Assembly (NCBI GenBank): GCA_046051005.1
Contig: JBJOPA010000264.1
Location: forward strand, 38,755-102,754
Length of the DNA: 64,000 nt
Direction: 5' to 3'
From: Bacteroidota bacterium
GTDB taxonomy: Bacteria > Bacteroidota > Bacteroidia > Chitinophagales > Saprospiraceae
The notes under the pieces were generated by a model. The model searched no databases, was not told where the DNA came from, and saw nothing but the letters and a program-made list of their open reading frames with translations. The translations under genes and the position numbers were made by a program. This document shows, piece by piece, positions 63,570 through 64,000 of this stretch (position 1 is its first letter; every line of letters starts with the position of its first letter).

Positions 63570-63583
63570 CCCCCCCCCAGTAT
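63570..63583 (+). repeat. CAGTAT-box copy 50 (C9AGTAT), intergenic
   Basis: AAAAAGACACCCCCCCCCAGTATAA, upstream of the hppA start. Confidence 0.9.
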
Positions 63584-64000
63584 AAAACCCATTTTTCCCA
63601 CTTTTTTGTCTGATTTGTCTCGAAAAGAAAATCATACAAATATAAAAAACTATATGTTTCTCTCGAAACGGCGCAAAAGTAAGATAAACCAATCAAAAAT
63701 AGATACGAATTTTATTTTTTTTCCATCATTTTGACCGTTTTAACCGCATTTTTTCAAAAAAAAGATAGAAAAAATCTTTTCCCCGTCTTTTCTCGCATCA
63801 AAATTTTTCAAGAATCTTTTTTTCAAAAATAGAATCCAAAAATTAAAATTTCGTTTTTAATTGTAATTTGTAGGTAAAAAATGATTAAAATTTTATTTTT
63901 TCACAACACAACGACATTTTGTACGTTACATTTTTTAGGTGAAAAGTATTACAACTATTTGGCTTCAATTTTTTACTTAAATTTATGAAAAATACCTTTA

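Noticed and set aside
1-64000. The recurrent ~20-nt word interpreted as a CRISPR array.
   Set aside because: Copies are scattered every ~0.3-3 kb in both orientations. Many lie inside genes, there are no regular 25-50 nt spacers, and there are no cas genes.
1-64000. The word interpreted as a polar Chi- or KOPS-like motif.
   Set aside because: Orientation is about 1:1 (23 versus 24) and interleaved along the window. A strand-skewed motif should show one dominant orientation within a 64-kb segment, unless the window spans ori or ter, for which there is no sign.
1-64000. tRNA, rRNA, tmRNA, transposase, integrase or prophage genes.
   Set aside because: I found no cloverleaf-compatible segments with a GTTCRANYC T-loop, no rRNA-like stretches, and no ORF with DDE, tyrosine or serine recombinase motifs.
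63985-64000. A possible start of another gene at the window edge (ATGAAAAATACCTTTA).
   Set aside because: Only five codons are visible, which is too short to support a call.

Overview
This 64 kb chromosomal window looks like Bacteroidota, probably a gliding Saprospiria- or Cytophagia-like lineage. The taxon call rests on two proteins with the gliding-motility CHU_C / T9SS type-B sorting domain, the DUF4271-hemD gene pair, an OmpH/Skp chaperone, and TAnnTTTG -7 promoter boxes upstream of many genes. GC is about 40-45% by eye, and the intergenic regions are very A/T-rich.

I support 44 protein-coding genes, and most are housekeeping:
- Nucleotide, cofactor and amino-acid metabolism: pyrE (partial), purH, folB, carA, guaB, hisS, folA, kynA, hemD, metK, ribE.
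- Other core functions: pepC, ugd, rsmG, a ROK kinase, meaB, a UvrD-type helicase-nuclease, an ECF sigma factor, skp, an lpxH-like phosphoesterase, hppA.
- Surface or secreted proteins: a 1372-aa adhesin-like protein, a GH65-like enzyme, an M23 peptidase, two CHU_C cargo proteins and a fibre-like protein.

I saw no rRNA, tRNA, CRISPR array, transposase or integrase.

The most unusual signal is at the DNA level, not in any gene. The word CCCCCCAGTAT (extended consensus AAAAAATGC-[NAC or CCC]-CCCCCC-AGTAT) occurs about 50 times in 64 kb, where well under one copy would be expected by chance.
- It occurs in both orientations.
- It is concentrated just downstream of stop codons.
- Some copies form near-perfect palindromic pairs.
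- It is also embedded in-frame in 14-17 coding sequences, in all three reading frames.

This density and layout resemble the DNA uptake sequences of Neisseria and Pasteurellaceae, or an unusual REP/REPIN family. As far as I know nothing like it has been described in Bacteroidota.

Other notable points:
- A second G/C-rich repeat family (ACTTCCCC-TTCG-GGGGGATTGAGGGGGG) often abuts the first.
- A motif-free, A/T-richer two-gene cassette (260-aa unknown protein plus PIN nuclease) is wedged against ribE.
- FolB is fused to a Cys-rich CWC domain.

All coordinates were counted by eye and may be off by a base or two.
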